The translations under genes and the position numbers were made by a program. Positions 49,505-58,081 of a DNA stretch of 64,000 nucleotides are shown here, piece by piece. This DNA comes from Candidatus Uhrbacteria bacterium (lineage in GTDB: Bacteria > Patescibacteriota > Patescibacteriia > UBA9934): contig CAIKHN010000019.1 in the NCBI GenBank assembly GCA_903827265.1, positions 11,814 through 75,813 on the forward strand, written 5' to 3'. The notes under the pieces were generated by a model. That model saw nothing but the letters and a program-made list of their open reading frames with translations, did not search any database and was not told the origin of the DNA. How positions within the stretch are numbered: position 1 is the stretch's first letter; each line of letters begins with the position of its first letter.

Positions 49505-52201
49505 TTATGACACAAGTGCTGCGTGCTCTTTTTGGAGCGCAGCAAGTTTTTCTTGAAGATCGGCGAGCTTCTGACGTTCCCCGGCAATGACCTTCTCCGG
49601 CGCACGAGCTACAAAATCCGTATTCGCAAGTTTTGATTCTTGGGCTGCGATGAATTTTGTCGCTTCGGCGATCTCGGATTCGATTCGGATCTTTTCCGAA
49701 GCAGCGTCGACGGCTGGCAATTGTACGAAGATCTGCGCTGCGCCAACCACAATCGGCGTAATCGACTCCGGTCGCTCCATGCTTGATCGGACAATCTTCA
49801 CTTTCGTGAGGCCGCCGATAACCGACTCCATTTCCGCCAAAGCACCAGCATTGACGATCGTAATCGACTCAACATCCTTCGGTAACGTCTTATGTTCCGA
49901 GAGATAATTACGAATCGCAATTACCGCCGAGCACACCTGATCGAATGCCGCTCGATCCTCCGACGACAATTCGTGCTCAACCGTTGGCCACTTTGCAACA
50001 ATAATCATTCCGGAGTCGAAGTTCTTATAGATTTCCTCGGTAACGAATGGTGCAAATGGGTGCCAAAGGATAAGCAAACGTTCGAGAATGTAGAGAAGAA
50101 TATCGCTCTTCTCGCCTTCGATTTTGGCGATTTCGAGGTACCAGTCCGCGAAGTCGTTCCACGTAAAGTCACGCAACACTTCGATGGCGAGCGAGAAGTC
50201 GTAACGATCGATGAGTAAACTAACCTTCTTTGCTGTCTCACTAAACCGCGCAAGGATCCATTTGTCGGCAAGCGTCTTCGGCTCCACCTCCCCCCGACCC
50301 CCTCCTTCGTAAGGAGGGGGAGTCTTCGCGGAAAGAATAAATCGCGAGATATTCCACAGCTTGTTCACAAGGTTACGCGATGCTTCAACTTTCTCAATGT
50401 AATATCGCGAATCGTTTCCTGGAGTGTTTCCGGAAAGCAACGAAACGCGCAATGCATCGCAACCGTATTCTTCGATAACTTCAATAGGATCAATTCCATT
50501 ACCAGAAGACTTTGAGAACTTCTTTCCGTCCTTATCACGAAGAATACCGTGAATGTATGCGTCCTTAAATGGAATCTGGTTCAGCGCATACGTGCTCATG
50601 AGAATCATGCGCATCAACCACAAATACAAAATTTCATATCCCATCTGAATCCAGTTCGTTGGATGAAACTGTTCAAGATCGGAAGGCTTGCCGTCCGTAG
50701 CCTTGGCGAAGGACGGCCAACCGAGCGTCGAGAATGTCCACGATCCGCTCGAGAACCACGTATCGAGCGTGTCTTCATCTTGAACCCAGCCTTCGCCTTC
50801 TGGTTTTGCGCCGACAAAGATCTCCACCCCCTCCAACTCCCCCTCGGAAAGGGGGAGAGATTTAGTCTTCCGATACCACGCAGGAATACGATGACCCCAC
50901 CAGAGCTGGCGCGAAAGGCACCAGTCGCGGAGATTTTCGATGCGATCGAGATAGAGTTTCGTGAATCGATCTGGCGTAATCGAAACTTTTTGTTCGGATT
51001 TCCCATCGAGTCCAGTGGTAACCGCCTCACGCATCAAATCACGCAGCGTTTTGCCGCGACCAGGAATTTCTTTGTTCACGTTCAACCACCACTGCGTCAT
51101 CGGAATTGCCTCAATAACGTCGCCATACCGATCAGATGTACCAACGTTCTGAATAACCTTTTCTTCTTTTTCGAGAAGTCCTTGTTCCTTCAGCCACGAA
51201 ACAACTCTTTCGCGCGCAGCCTCAATGGTCATGCCGGCGACAGATCCTGCGTCGGCGGTCATCTTCCCGTCTGCGCCGATCACTTGCTTGATTTCGATAG
51301 GATCATTTTTCGCCTTCTGCACTTCGTACATTCCGAAATCGATCGCACTGTGTGCCGGAGTAACGCCGAGCGCGCCGGTTCCAAATGACGGATCAACTGC
51401 ATCGCTCGCGATCACTTTGATTGAAAGCTTTGCGCTGGCGAATTCAACATCGTATGTTTTTCCAACGAATGTTTTGTATCGATCATCAGTTGGATGCACT
51501 GCAACAGCCGTATCGCCAACCTTTGTTTCTGGACGTGTCGTGGAAATCGTGATCGGAAAATCTTTGCTGTATTTAAACGTGTACAGCATCGACTCGCGTT
51601 CGATAGTTTCGATCTCGTCATCAGAACACGTGGACTGGCCTTTCACCGACCAATTCACCACGCGGAAACCACGATAGATGAGTCCATCGTTGTACATGCG
51701 TGTGAAAAGTTCGTTCACCGCAGCGCTCCGTTTGTCGTCGAACGTGTATGCCAAACGGCTCCAGTCTGCACTGGTTCCTAATTTCTTTACCTGTGTAAGA
51801 ATCGTCGATTTTGAGCTTTCAGCAAACTCGCGAATTTTCTCAAGCAACCCTTCGCGGCCAAGCTCTTGCCGGGGATTCTTCATTCCACCAGCCATGAGAT
51901 TTTTCTCAACACGAGCCTGTGTGGCGATTGCGGCGTGGTCGGTTCCCGGCACAAGAAGCACCTTCTTTCCCAATAAACGCTGATAGCGAACCATCGCGTC
52001 CATGAGGGAGTTTTCAAGCGCATGGCCAAGGTGAAGCACGCCCGTCACGTTTGGCGGAGGCATCACCACAGTGAACGCTTCGGTGGAATCAGTAATGTTT
52101 GGCAAACCCTCTGGCGCAAAATAGCCTGAGCTTAGCCAAGATTCATAAATTCCATCCTCCACGAGCTTCGCCTCGTACGCCTTTGCCATTTCGTTTGCCA
52201 T
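49505..52201 (-). CDS. valS: Valine--tRNA ligase
   Basis: PPPNVTGVLHLGH, GTDHAAIATQ, TTRPET, DWCLSRQLWWGHRIP, DTWFSS, KFSKS, C-terminal coiled coil. True start MANEMAKAY at 52201, not the ORF-track start at 53323. Confidence 0.97.
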   Translation of the reverse strand: MANEMAKAYEAKLVEDGIYESWLSSGYFAPEGLPNITDSTEAFTVVMPPPNVTGVLHLGHALENSLMDAMVRYQRLLGKKVLLVPGTDHAAIATQARVEKNLMAGGMKNPRQELGREGLLEKIREFAESSKSTILTQVKKLGTSADWSRLAYTFDDKRSAAVNELFTRMYNDGLIYRGFRVVNWSVKGQSTCSDDEIETIERESMLYTFKYSKDFPITISTTRPETKVGDTAVAVHPTDDRYKTFVGKTYDVEFASAKLSIKVIASDAVDPSFGTGALGVTPAHSAIDFGMYEVQKAKNDPIEIKQVIGADGKMTADAGSVAGMTIEAARERVVSWLKEQGLLEKEEKVIQNVGTSDRYGDVIEAIPMTQWWLNVNKEIPGRGKTLRDLMREAVTTGLDGKSEQKVSITPDRFTKLYLDRIENLRDWCLSRQLWWGHRIPAWYRKTKSLPLSEGELEGVEIFVGAKPEGEGWVQDEDTLDTWFSSGSWTFSTLGWPSFAKATDGKPSDLEQFHPTNWIQMGYEILYLWLMRMILMSTYALNQIPFKDAYIHGILRDKDGKKFSKSSGNGIDPIEVIEEYGCDALRVSLLSGNTPGNDSRYYIEKVEASRNLVNKLWNISRFILSAKTPPPYEGGGRGEVEPKTLADKWILARFSETAKKVSLLIDRYDFSLAIEVLRDFTWNDFADWYLEIAKIEGEKSDILLYILERLLILWHPFAPFVTEEIYKNFDSGMIIVAKWPTVEHELSSEDRAAFDQVCSAVIAIRNYLSEHKTLPKDVESITIVNAGALAEMESVIGGLTKVKIVRSSMERPESITPIVVGAAQIFVQLPAVDAASEKIRIESEIAEATKFIAAQESKLANTDFVARAPEKVIAGERQKLADLQEKLAALQKEHAALVS
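50284..50324. repeat. Palindromic element inside valS (encodes TPPPYEGGGRGEV)
   Basis: CCACCTCCCCCCGACCCCCTCCTT-CGT-AAGGAGGGGGAGTC. Confidence 0.8.
50824..50860. repeat. Palindromic element inside valS (encodes SLPLSEGELEGV)
   Basis: CCACCCCCTCCAACTCCCCCT-CGGAA-AGGGGGAGAGA. Confidence 0.8.
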
Positions 52202-52267
52202 AGATAGGACAGAGTGTAGACGAAAGACGGATTTTATGGTAGGTTTTTCTCCGTTCTCGGAGCTTCT

Positions 52268-52606
52268 GTGCCTTCCAACAATCGTCCTGCCCAGCCTATC
52301 GTGAGCGCCGCCGAAGGCGCGCACAGCCGTCTGTCCGCGATCCTCAAAACCCAAAAAGGAGAAGACGCAAGACGACTGCGTCGCGCGATCAATAGCATTC
52401 TCAACATGATCGACCGGTTCGCCGCCGGCGACATTACCAAGCGTCAGGAGATACCTCCCAGTGTCCAACGCAACCCCACGACGGATATCGAACGGAAAGT
52501 GATGGCGTTCTGGAGGGCAACGGACCTTCTGCAGGACCGAATGTTCGATGGGCGTTCCCCGGTCTCCGAGGAAACCATCATCGCTACCTTCCATGCGATC
52601 TCCTGA
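52268..52606 (+). CDS. Orphan paralog 1 (short form, 112 aa)
   Basis: GGAG SD + GTG; IERKVMAFWRATDLL..SEETIIATF aligns by eye with paralogs 2 and 3. Confidence 0.65.
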   Translation: MPSNNRPAQPIVSAAEGAHSRLSAILKTQKGEDARRLRRAINSILNMIDRFAAGDITKRQEIPPSVQRNPTTDIERKVMAFWRATDLLQDRMFDGRSPVSEETIIATFHAIS

Positions 52607-52620
52607 TCGCACCACATCAC

Positions 52621-53359
52621 CAACGCACGCCACGGCCCGCTCTTCGAGAGTCGGGCCGTGGATTGTTTTCTGAAAATATTGAAAAAAATGACGTTCTCGG
52701 CTAATCTTTGGCGGGACAACTTTCCCCCGAGGTTCATCGTGAAACTGCCTACTACCGCAATCCTCAGCAAATACATGGATGCCGTCCGCCGCATCCAGAA
52801 GATGATCGACGCCTGCAAGGGCGCGCACGCCGACGCATGGCTCAAAGCGATGATCGCCATCAACGAGACGTATGGCAGCATGACGGGAATTCCGTACCGC
52901 GTGATCGACTCCAAAATGCTTTGCTTGGGCGTCGGCAGGCAGGTCTGGCGTCTCTACCACGCCGTGCAACTCCTCGCGGAGTATCGGTTCACGCCAGACA
53001 CTGACGTGACGGAAGAGGACGTGATAAAGGCGTTCGACAAGGTTGCCAGCAACGCGCGTGGCAACGACACCATCTTCACGTGCGACAACGTGTCCCCGGC
53101 AGCACAGCGCGCAATGCTCAACACGCCCTTCTTCAACGACGGGCTGCCCGGATGGATCGTCGAAGGAGTCGGGACCGAATCGCCTACCATGTTCGTAATC
53201 ACCGGAAGCTTCGGCGTGACCGCGGAGCATCTCCCGGAGAACGTCCAGTTCAATCCGGAGCTGAAGATCTGGGACGTCGTTCGCTGACAAGGCGTCGGCA
53301 CACAGCAACACAACGCACGCCACGGCCCGCTCTTCGAGAGTCGGGCCGTGGATTGTTTT
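52621..53359 (+). repeat. Identical 49-bp terminator-containing direct repeat (2 copies)
   Basis: CAACGCACGCCACGGCCCGCTCTTCGAGAGTCGGGCCGTGGATTGTTTT at 52621-52669 and 53311-53359. Confidence 0.92.
52739..53287 (+). CDS. Orphan paralog 2 (182 aa)
   Basis: TTGAAA-17-TAATCT promoter (52679-52707), GAGG SD, GTG start; IPY..GVGRQVWRLYHAVQLLAE..TEEDVIKAFD..ND.IF..NVSPA..NP..W. Confidence 0.75.
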   Translation: MKLPTTAILSKYMDAVRRIQKMIDACKGAHADAWLKAMIAINETYGSMTGIPYRVIDSKMLCLGVGRQVWRLYHAVQLLAEYRFTPDTDVTEEDVIKAFDKVASNARGNDTIFTCDNVSPAAQRAMLNTPFFNDGLPGWIVEGVGTESPTMFVITGSFGVTAEHLPENVQFNPELKIWDVVR

Positions 53360-53419
53360 TATTGACTTTTTGGCATTTTTCGGCTTACTATAGCGACGGC
53401 ATCAACGCCCGGAGACACC

Positions 53420-54007
53420 ATGTCCCTGCAGCTCATTCCCAAGACTCAAGCCCCGACCGACAACCTTCTTCACGCCCAGGAACGTGCGTTCGAAAGCCTC
53501 ATCGTCACCATGAATACCCCCGGAGGCGGGAGGGCGCCGAGGCACCGCATGATTCAAAACATGCTCACCGAACTCGGGGTGCTCTCCAGGAATCTGAGGG
53601 AAATTCCGTACTTCCATTCCATTCGACAGGTCGAAACTGACGGAATCGGACGGAAGGTTCATCACCTCTTCGCTGCGATGCAGCTCCTCGCGGAGTGGCG
53701 CGACGAACCGACATCGGGAACGACCGAAGCGGACGTCATCGCCGCGTTCGATCTCGCGATGGCGTCGAGCACCAACGACGCCGCGATCTTCCCCGGCGGC
53801 AACGTCCATCCGGCCGTGAAGCGCCTCATCGTCGAGGGACAGAGGCATCGGCCAGAAGGAACGAGCAAAATGTCGATCCGACTCATGCACCCGAATCCGA
53901 AGATCGAGATCGATCTCCCAGGGAACGCATCGCCAATCACCGACACCGTCCCGCCGATCGTTCGGCTCAATCCTCAGACGTTCGTATGGGAGATCTTCCC
54001 GCACTGA
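53420..54007 (+). CDS. Orphan paralog 3 (195 aa)
   Basis: TTGACT-18-TACTAT promoter, GGAG SD; IPY..GIGRKVHHLFAAMQLLAE..TEADVIAAFD..ND..IF..NVHPA..NP..W. Confidence 0.8.
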   Translation: MSLQLIPKTQAPTDNLLHAQERAFESLIVTMNTPGGGRAPRHRMIQNMLTELGVLSRNLREIPYFHSIRQVETDGIGRKVHHLFAAMQLLAEWRDEPTSGTTEADVIAAFDLAMASSTNDAAIFPGGNVHPAVKRLIVEGQRHRPEGTSKMSIRLMHPNPKIEIDLPGNASPITDTVPPIVRLNPQTFVWEIFPH

Positions 54008-54010
54008 AGC

Positions 54011-54090
54011 TCACGGCTCGGCCTCCCAGGAGGTCGAGCCGTTCGTCGTTTCATAACAGAAACGAGCGGCCCGTAGGCCGCCCGTCGTTG
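54011..54090. terminator. Two adjacent hairpins terminating convergent units
   Basis: ACGGCTCGGCCTCC-CA-GGAGGTCGAGCCGT (+ unit) and AACGAGCGGCC-CGTA-GGCCGCCCGTCGTT (- unit). Confidence 0.65.
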
Positions 54091-54113
54091 TTCCTGCGTG
54101 TCGCTGCGTCTGG

Positions 54114-54197
54114 TCAATCGCCGGTCGTCGACGGAGCGTAGACGAACAGCTCCTCAAACGGAACCGGGGATGGGATCGGGAGAGTGAGGTTGGTCAA
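54114..54197 (-). CDS. Putative 27-aa small peptide MTNLTLPIPSPVPFEELFVYAPSTTGD
   Basis: TGGACA-17-TAAGGT promoter (54268-54240), AAGGAGGT SD, TTG start, C/G-ending codons, downstream hairpin. Below the ORF-track size cutoff. Confidence 0.55.
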   Translation of the reverse strand: MTNLTLPIPSPVPFEELFVYAPSTTGD

Positions 54198-54343
54198 AAG
54201 ACCTCCTTGCCTCGCACGAGAGTGTGCAGAGGACAACGAACCTTAGCGAATATTTGTAAAAATGTCCACATTCGTCGGAAGCAAGATCTTGACCAGAGCA
54301 ACCCTGACCGATAGGCTTACCCCTTACCCCTCGTTTACCCCGC

Positions 54344-55483
54344 ATGTCCTTGGCGCTCTTCCAGCAATTCCACGAAACACTCAAGCGGGCGAAGCGTCCG
54401 GTTGTTGTGCTTCGATCTGAACCATCGGTCGACGATTTCACTGCTGCATTTAGCATTGCCGCACTGTGCAAAACACTTGGCGTTCCTTGCGCAATTGTCA
54501 CCAGCGGCGGACGAGCTCCTGATGCGTTGAAGTTTCTTTCTGTTTTTCAAGATGTCGTCGGCGATCTTGGAAACATCAACGCGCTTACCCTTCGCGTAAA
54601 ACTCGATCACGCAAAAGTGGACGGACTCACGTACGCCGTCAACGGCAACGATCTCGTTGTCACTATCACACCAAAAACCGGCTCATGGCAGCCAAGCGAT
54701 GTTCACATCGAGAGCAATGATTATCGTTTCGATCTCATTATCGCAATTGGGACGCCAGATCGATCGAGCCTTGGCGCACTTTTTTCAACCTACGCGGATT
54801 TCTTTGTAAAAACTCCAACCGTCGTTATCGACCACGGCCCAGAAAACGAACACTTTGGCACCATCAACATCATCGATTTAACCGCAACGAGCGTTTCAGA
54901 AGTTTGCTTTAACCTCTTCACACACATCGACGCAACGATCGTCACCTCTGACATTGCGACCACTCTCCTCACCGGCATGATGAGTAAAACAAAGAGCTTC
55001 CGCGCGCCGAACGTTTCGCCAAAGACGCTCGAAATCGCACAAAAGCTCATGGAGAAGAAGGCGGACCGCGAGGCGATCGTGGAACATCTCTATCGAACAC
55101 GATCGGTGGAAACACTTCGCCTTTGGGGCCGCGCGCTTGCTCGACTGAAGGCTGATGAATCGATCGGCTTCGTCTGGACGCTCATCACTAAACAGGATTT
55201 TGTCACCGCTGGCGCAGGCGACGATGCGTTGCGCGACATTGCCGACGAGCTTCTTCTTACTTCCCCTTCCGCGAAAGTCGCCCTCATCCTTTTTGAAACC
55301 CAAACCGGAACCATCGCCGGACAACTCTTCGCACAACGACCGTTCGATGCCCTCGTTCTCGGCGCCCCGTTCCGCGCCACCGGCACCCGCGAGTTTGCCC
55401 ATCTTTCTCTTACCCAAACCGACATCGTCTCCGCAGAACGCGGCGTCATTTCGCATCTCAAAACGAGTTTGCGCCAGAAATAG
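54344..55483 (+). CDS. DHH-family phosphoesterase-like protein (degenerate motifs)
   Basis: VIDHGPENEHFG.INII, ATTLLTGMMSKTKSF, LWGRAL.RL; NrnA-like fold with the CPR-type insertion. Confidence 0.8.
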   Translation: MSLALFQQFHETLKRAKRPVVVLRSEPSVDDFTAAFSIAALCKTLGVPCAIVTSGGRAPDALKFLSVFQDVVGDLGNINALTLRVKLDHAKVDGLTYAVNGNDLVVTITPKTGSWQPSDVHIESNDYRFDLIIAIGTPDRSSLGALFSTYADFFVKTPTVVIDHGPENEHFGTINIIDLTATSVSEVCFNLFTHIDATIVTSDIATTLLTGMMSKTKSFRAPNVSPKTLEIAQKLMEKKADREAIVEHLYRTRSVETLRLWGRALARLKADESIGFVWTLITKQDFVTAGAGDDALRDIADELLLTSPSAKVALILFETQTGTIAGQLFAQRPFDALVLGAPFRATGTREFAHLSLTQTDIVSAERGVISHLKTSLRQK

Positions 55484-55539
55484 TCTTTTGCTAAACGCGT
55501 CGAGCTTGAGCCCAAGAAGGGATCGCTCGCGTGGTCTCT

Positions 55540-55695
55540 TCAGTTTCCCTCCCACTCTTTCTTCCACTCAAATCCCACCGATCCACACTCCGCACATTTC
55601 ATTTCAAAATACGGTTGATCACCTCGTTGTTCCGTTAGGCCAGTCCAGGTTTCCTTACCACCACACAGCGGGCACTCGGATTCAATAGGTTGCAT
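55540..55695 (-). CDS. 51-aa zinc-ribbon protein
   Basis: MQPIESECPLCGG...MKCAECG, two CxxC pairs; fills the intergenic gap. Confidence 0.6.
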   Translation of the reverse strand: MQPIESECPLCGGKETWTGLTEQRGDQPYFEMKCAECGSVGFEWKKEWEGN

Positions 55696-55754
55696 ATACG
55701 GAAATCGTATCATGCGACATCGATGTTCCAAATGGCACATGTTACAATATGCGC

Positions 55755-57182
55755 ATGGACTCGCTTTGGTATTCAACTCGTGCAATGCCGGCGCACCGCA
55801 GAGTCGGCGCATACGTCGCAGACACCGCTCCACTCGGGCTGTTGTTTAAGCTTGTTCGCGACATTCCCGCTGCGGATCCATATCTTGTTGGCGGAACCGT
55901 TCGCGACGCGGTTCTTGGCGTCGTTCCACATCGAGCTCATGTTCTTGTTCGCGATGTCGCGCCACCACTCTTAAACAAATTCCTCAACGCCAATGGCACG
56001 GTTACGCAACACTCCAACGGCCATTGGCACGTCACACCTCGCGGTACACACGAAACGATTTCCGTTTCCGTCCCCCACGTTCGGACCCTCGATCATTCCG
56101 GAACTACAACGCGAATTCCTGCGCACGAACGATCGCTGCACGACGACCTTGCCGCTCGCGATTTTTCGATAAATTCCATGGCGTATTCGCTGAAAGACGG
56201 AATTCTTCACGATCCTCACGGCGGACTCCACGACCTCATCAACCGAAAAACAATCCGCACACTTCATCATCCAGAACTCCACCTTTCCCAAGAACCAGCA
56301 CTCGTTTCTCGTGCCATTCGCTTAGCAAGCCAATACGGACTCACGTTCGACGAAGCGCTCTGGAGTGCAATTCCGCGTCATCACGCATCGGTTCATCGCA
56401 CGGATCACGACGAAGACGGCAACAATCGATACGTTATTCCTCGTGTTCGCCTTGGCCACGATGTATTAATGGCGCTTGCGCATAATCCGAAATACGCACT
56501 TACACTCTTAAAAGACAGCGGCGCGCTTGAATCCCTCGCTCCAGAATTACTTCAACACGGGGCTACCGTGCACGACGACGGCGAAACCGGCTGGCAAAAG
56601 ACACATCGCCTCTTCGATATTCTTGAGCATCACGACATTGCTCGCGCATACGGCGCCGCAAAAAAGAGTGCAACGCTCTACCTCGCAGGCCTTCTCACGC
56701 TTCTCGACGACCGCGCGATGGGCACCCTCCGCGATATCGTCACTCGTCTCCATTTGCACGCCGTCGACGATCATCGCCTGCACTTCGATCACACAGACGC
56801 GGGCTGGATGTTGAACAAAACTGTCACACTTACTCAAGGCCACGCGAAAGAACTCTCCCCCGCCGAACGCGAACGGCTCGTCCGCGGAGCGCGCGGCGCA
56901 GAGCTTCTTGCGCTCCTCGACGCAACGGCAAGCGCAAAACACGAACATGGTATTGCTCGCGAAAATCTTATTCACTTACGCAACGAACGCGAACGCTGGC
57001 TGAACAATCCCGCTCCAGACGAACTCGTCCGCGGCCGCGATCTGCTTGCCCTCAACTTCTCCCCAGGCGCTCACCTCCGAGGAATCCTCGACAAAATCCG
57101 CAGCGCCCAACTCGACGGCCATCTCTCCTCCCGCGCCGCCGCCCTGGACTTCGCTCGATACCTCGCTGCGCAGAATGGATAA
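55755..57182 (+). CDS. CCA-adding enzyme/poly(A) polymerase family protein, catalytic DxD apparently lost
   Basis: YLVGGTVRDAVLG, DDLAARDFSINSMAY, DPHGGLHDL, RAIRLA, LVRGRDLL..G..L. Confidence 0.85.
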   Translation: MDSLWYSTRAMPAHRRVGAYVADTAPLGLLFKLVRDIPAADPYLVGGTVRDAVLGVVPHRAHVLVRDVAPPLLNKFLNANGTVTQHSNGHWHVTPRGTHETISVSVPHVRTLDHSGTTTRIPAHERSLHDDLAARDFSINSMAYSLKDGILHDPHGGLHDLINRKTIRTLHHPELHLSQEPALVSRAIRLASQYGLTFDEALWSAIPRHHASVHRTDHDEDGNNRYVIPRVRLGHDVLMALAHNPKYALTLLKDSGALESLAPELLQHGATVHDDGETGWQKTHRLFDILEHHDIARAYGAAKKSATLYLAGLLTLLDDRAMGTLRDIVTRLHLHAVDDHRLHFDHTDAGWMLNKTVTLTQGHAKELSPAERERLVRGARGAELLALLDATASAKHEHGIARENLIHLRNERERWLNNPAPDELVRGRDLLALNFSPGAHLRGILDKIRSAQLDGHLSSRAAALDFARYLAAQNG

Positions 57183-57192
57183 TCGTTTCATA

Positions 57193-57225
57193 ACAAAATA
57201 CCGTCCGCAATGGACGGTATTTTGT
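57193..57225. terminator. Bidirectional terminator
   Basis: ACAAAATACCGTCC-GCAAT-GGACGGTATTTTGT. Confidence 0.8.
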
Positions 57226-57301
57226 GGTGCGCGCACGTGGACTCGAACCACGGACCTTCACAATGTCAATGTGACGCTCTAACCAACTGAGCTATGCGCG
57301 C
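57225..57301 (-). tRNA. tRNA-Val (GAC)
   Basis: GCGCGCATAGCTCAGTTGGTTAGAGCGTCACATTGACATTGTGAAGGTCCGTGGTTCGAGTCCACGTGCGCGCACCA. Confidence 0.96.
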
Positions 57302-57304
57302 TTG

Positions 57305-57429
57305 GAGGGCTTCCTCGTTTTGCCTATTTTCGGCTTGCTGCGTCGCACATTCGCTCGACGTACCGAGAAGTACGCCTCGCAAACTGTGCTCCTGGCGTAC
57401 CGAAACTAGCCTAAAACGAGAAAGCCCTC
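57305..57429 (-). repeat. ~125-bp structured hairpin element abutting the tRNA-Val 5' end
   Basis: Outer stem GAGGGCTTCCTCGTTTT/AAAACGAGAAAGCCCTC; core shared with 58160-58281. Confidence 0.8.
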
Positions 57430-57489
57430 TTCAATCTGAATGAAAAACTAGCCTCAAATAAGAAAGTTCTACAATCTCGGTCGATGAAA

Positions 57490-57518
57490 AGGATACGATT
57501 CACGACGAACAATGTCAA
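57490..57518 (-). promoter_or_regulatory. Sigma70 promoter for the hairpin + tRNA-Val transcript
   Basis: TTGACA-17-TATCCT on the minus strand. Confidence 0.65.
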
Positions 57519-57525
57519 TCCTCAT

Positions 57526-57903
57526 CTACCTCGACTTTTCAATACGAGAAAAAAGGAGGGCAACCATTCCGGCGGTGAGAAGAAGTGCAAAGAACATGCC
57601 TCCGGCAACCAAGATCGCAGAAATATTACAGGAAAGAAGATCGCCGAATGCGTGAAACGCTTCTGGACTTGGCGCAGGGCAACGCGCCGCACGATTGTTT
57701 GCGGCAAGCAATACGCCGGTTGTCGCGGCACCGTATGCGGCAGCAACACTGCCAAATGTAAACAAACAACTAAAACGAGCCTTGCGCATGCTCATGGCGC
57801 TCGCCGTTGCGACAAGAGAAAAAAACACGCCTCCAATAATCCAATAGACAATAAACCACGTCGTAAAGAGCATCCAGACCATGGTGTGAGGATTTGTCTG
57901 CAT
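57526..57903 (-). CDS. Small membrane protein
   Basis: 125 aa with three hydrophobic segments. Confidence 0.65.
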   Translation of the reverse strand: MQTNPHTMVWMLFTTWFIVYWIIGGVFFSLVATASAMSMRKARFSCLFTFGSVAAAYGAATTGVLLAANNRAARCPAPSPEAFHAFGDLLSCNISAILVAGGMFFALLLTAGMVALLFSRIEKSR

Positions 57904-57915
57904 AATTACGAATTC

Positions 57916-58074
57916 CTAAAGTGCGCCAAGCGCAAGAAAAAGCACAGCGCCCGCACCGAATGCCGCAAGGAGGAAGACATAGCTCAACCCAACGAATTCG
58001 TGGTTATGGTGCTGACGGCCAAGTATACCAAAAGTAATACCGAGAAAGAGAAGCAGTGGAGGAATAAAATACAT
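57916..58074 (-). CDS. 52-aa two-TM membrane peptide
   Basis: Manual translation MYFIPPLLLFLGITFGILGRQHHNHEFVGLSYVFLLAAFGAGAVLFLALGAL; starts 7 nt after tRNA-Ile and ends 12 nt before the next gene. Confidence 0.55.
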   Translation of the reverse strand: MYFIPPLLLFLGITFGILGRQHHNHEFVGLSYVFLLAAFGAGAVLFLALGAL

Positions 58075-58081
58075 AGAATTC

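Noticed and set aside
52202-53323. 374-aa N-terminal extension of ValRS in the ORF track (1272 aa)
   Set aside because: It is the stop-free antisense frame of the GC-rich + strand paralogs. ValRS homology begins at MANEMAKAY (52201).
52621-53359. 49-bp direct repeats as a CRISPR array
   Set aside because: Only two copies, ~640 bp apart with a gene between them; terminator-like; no cas genes.
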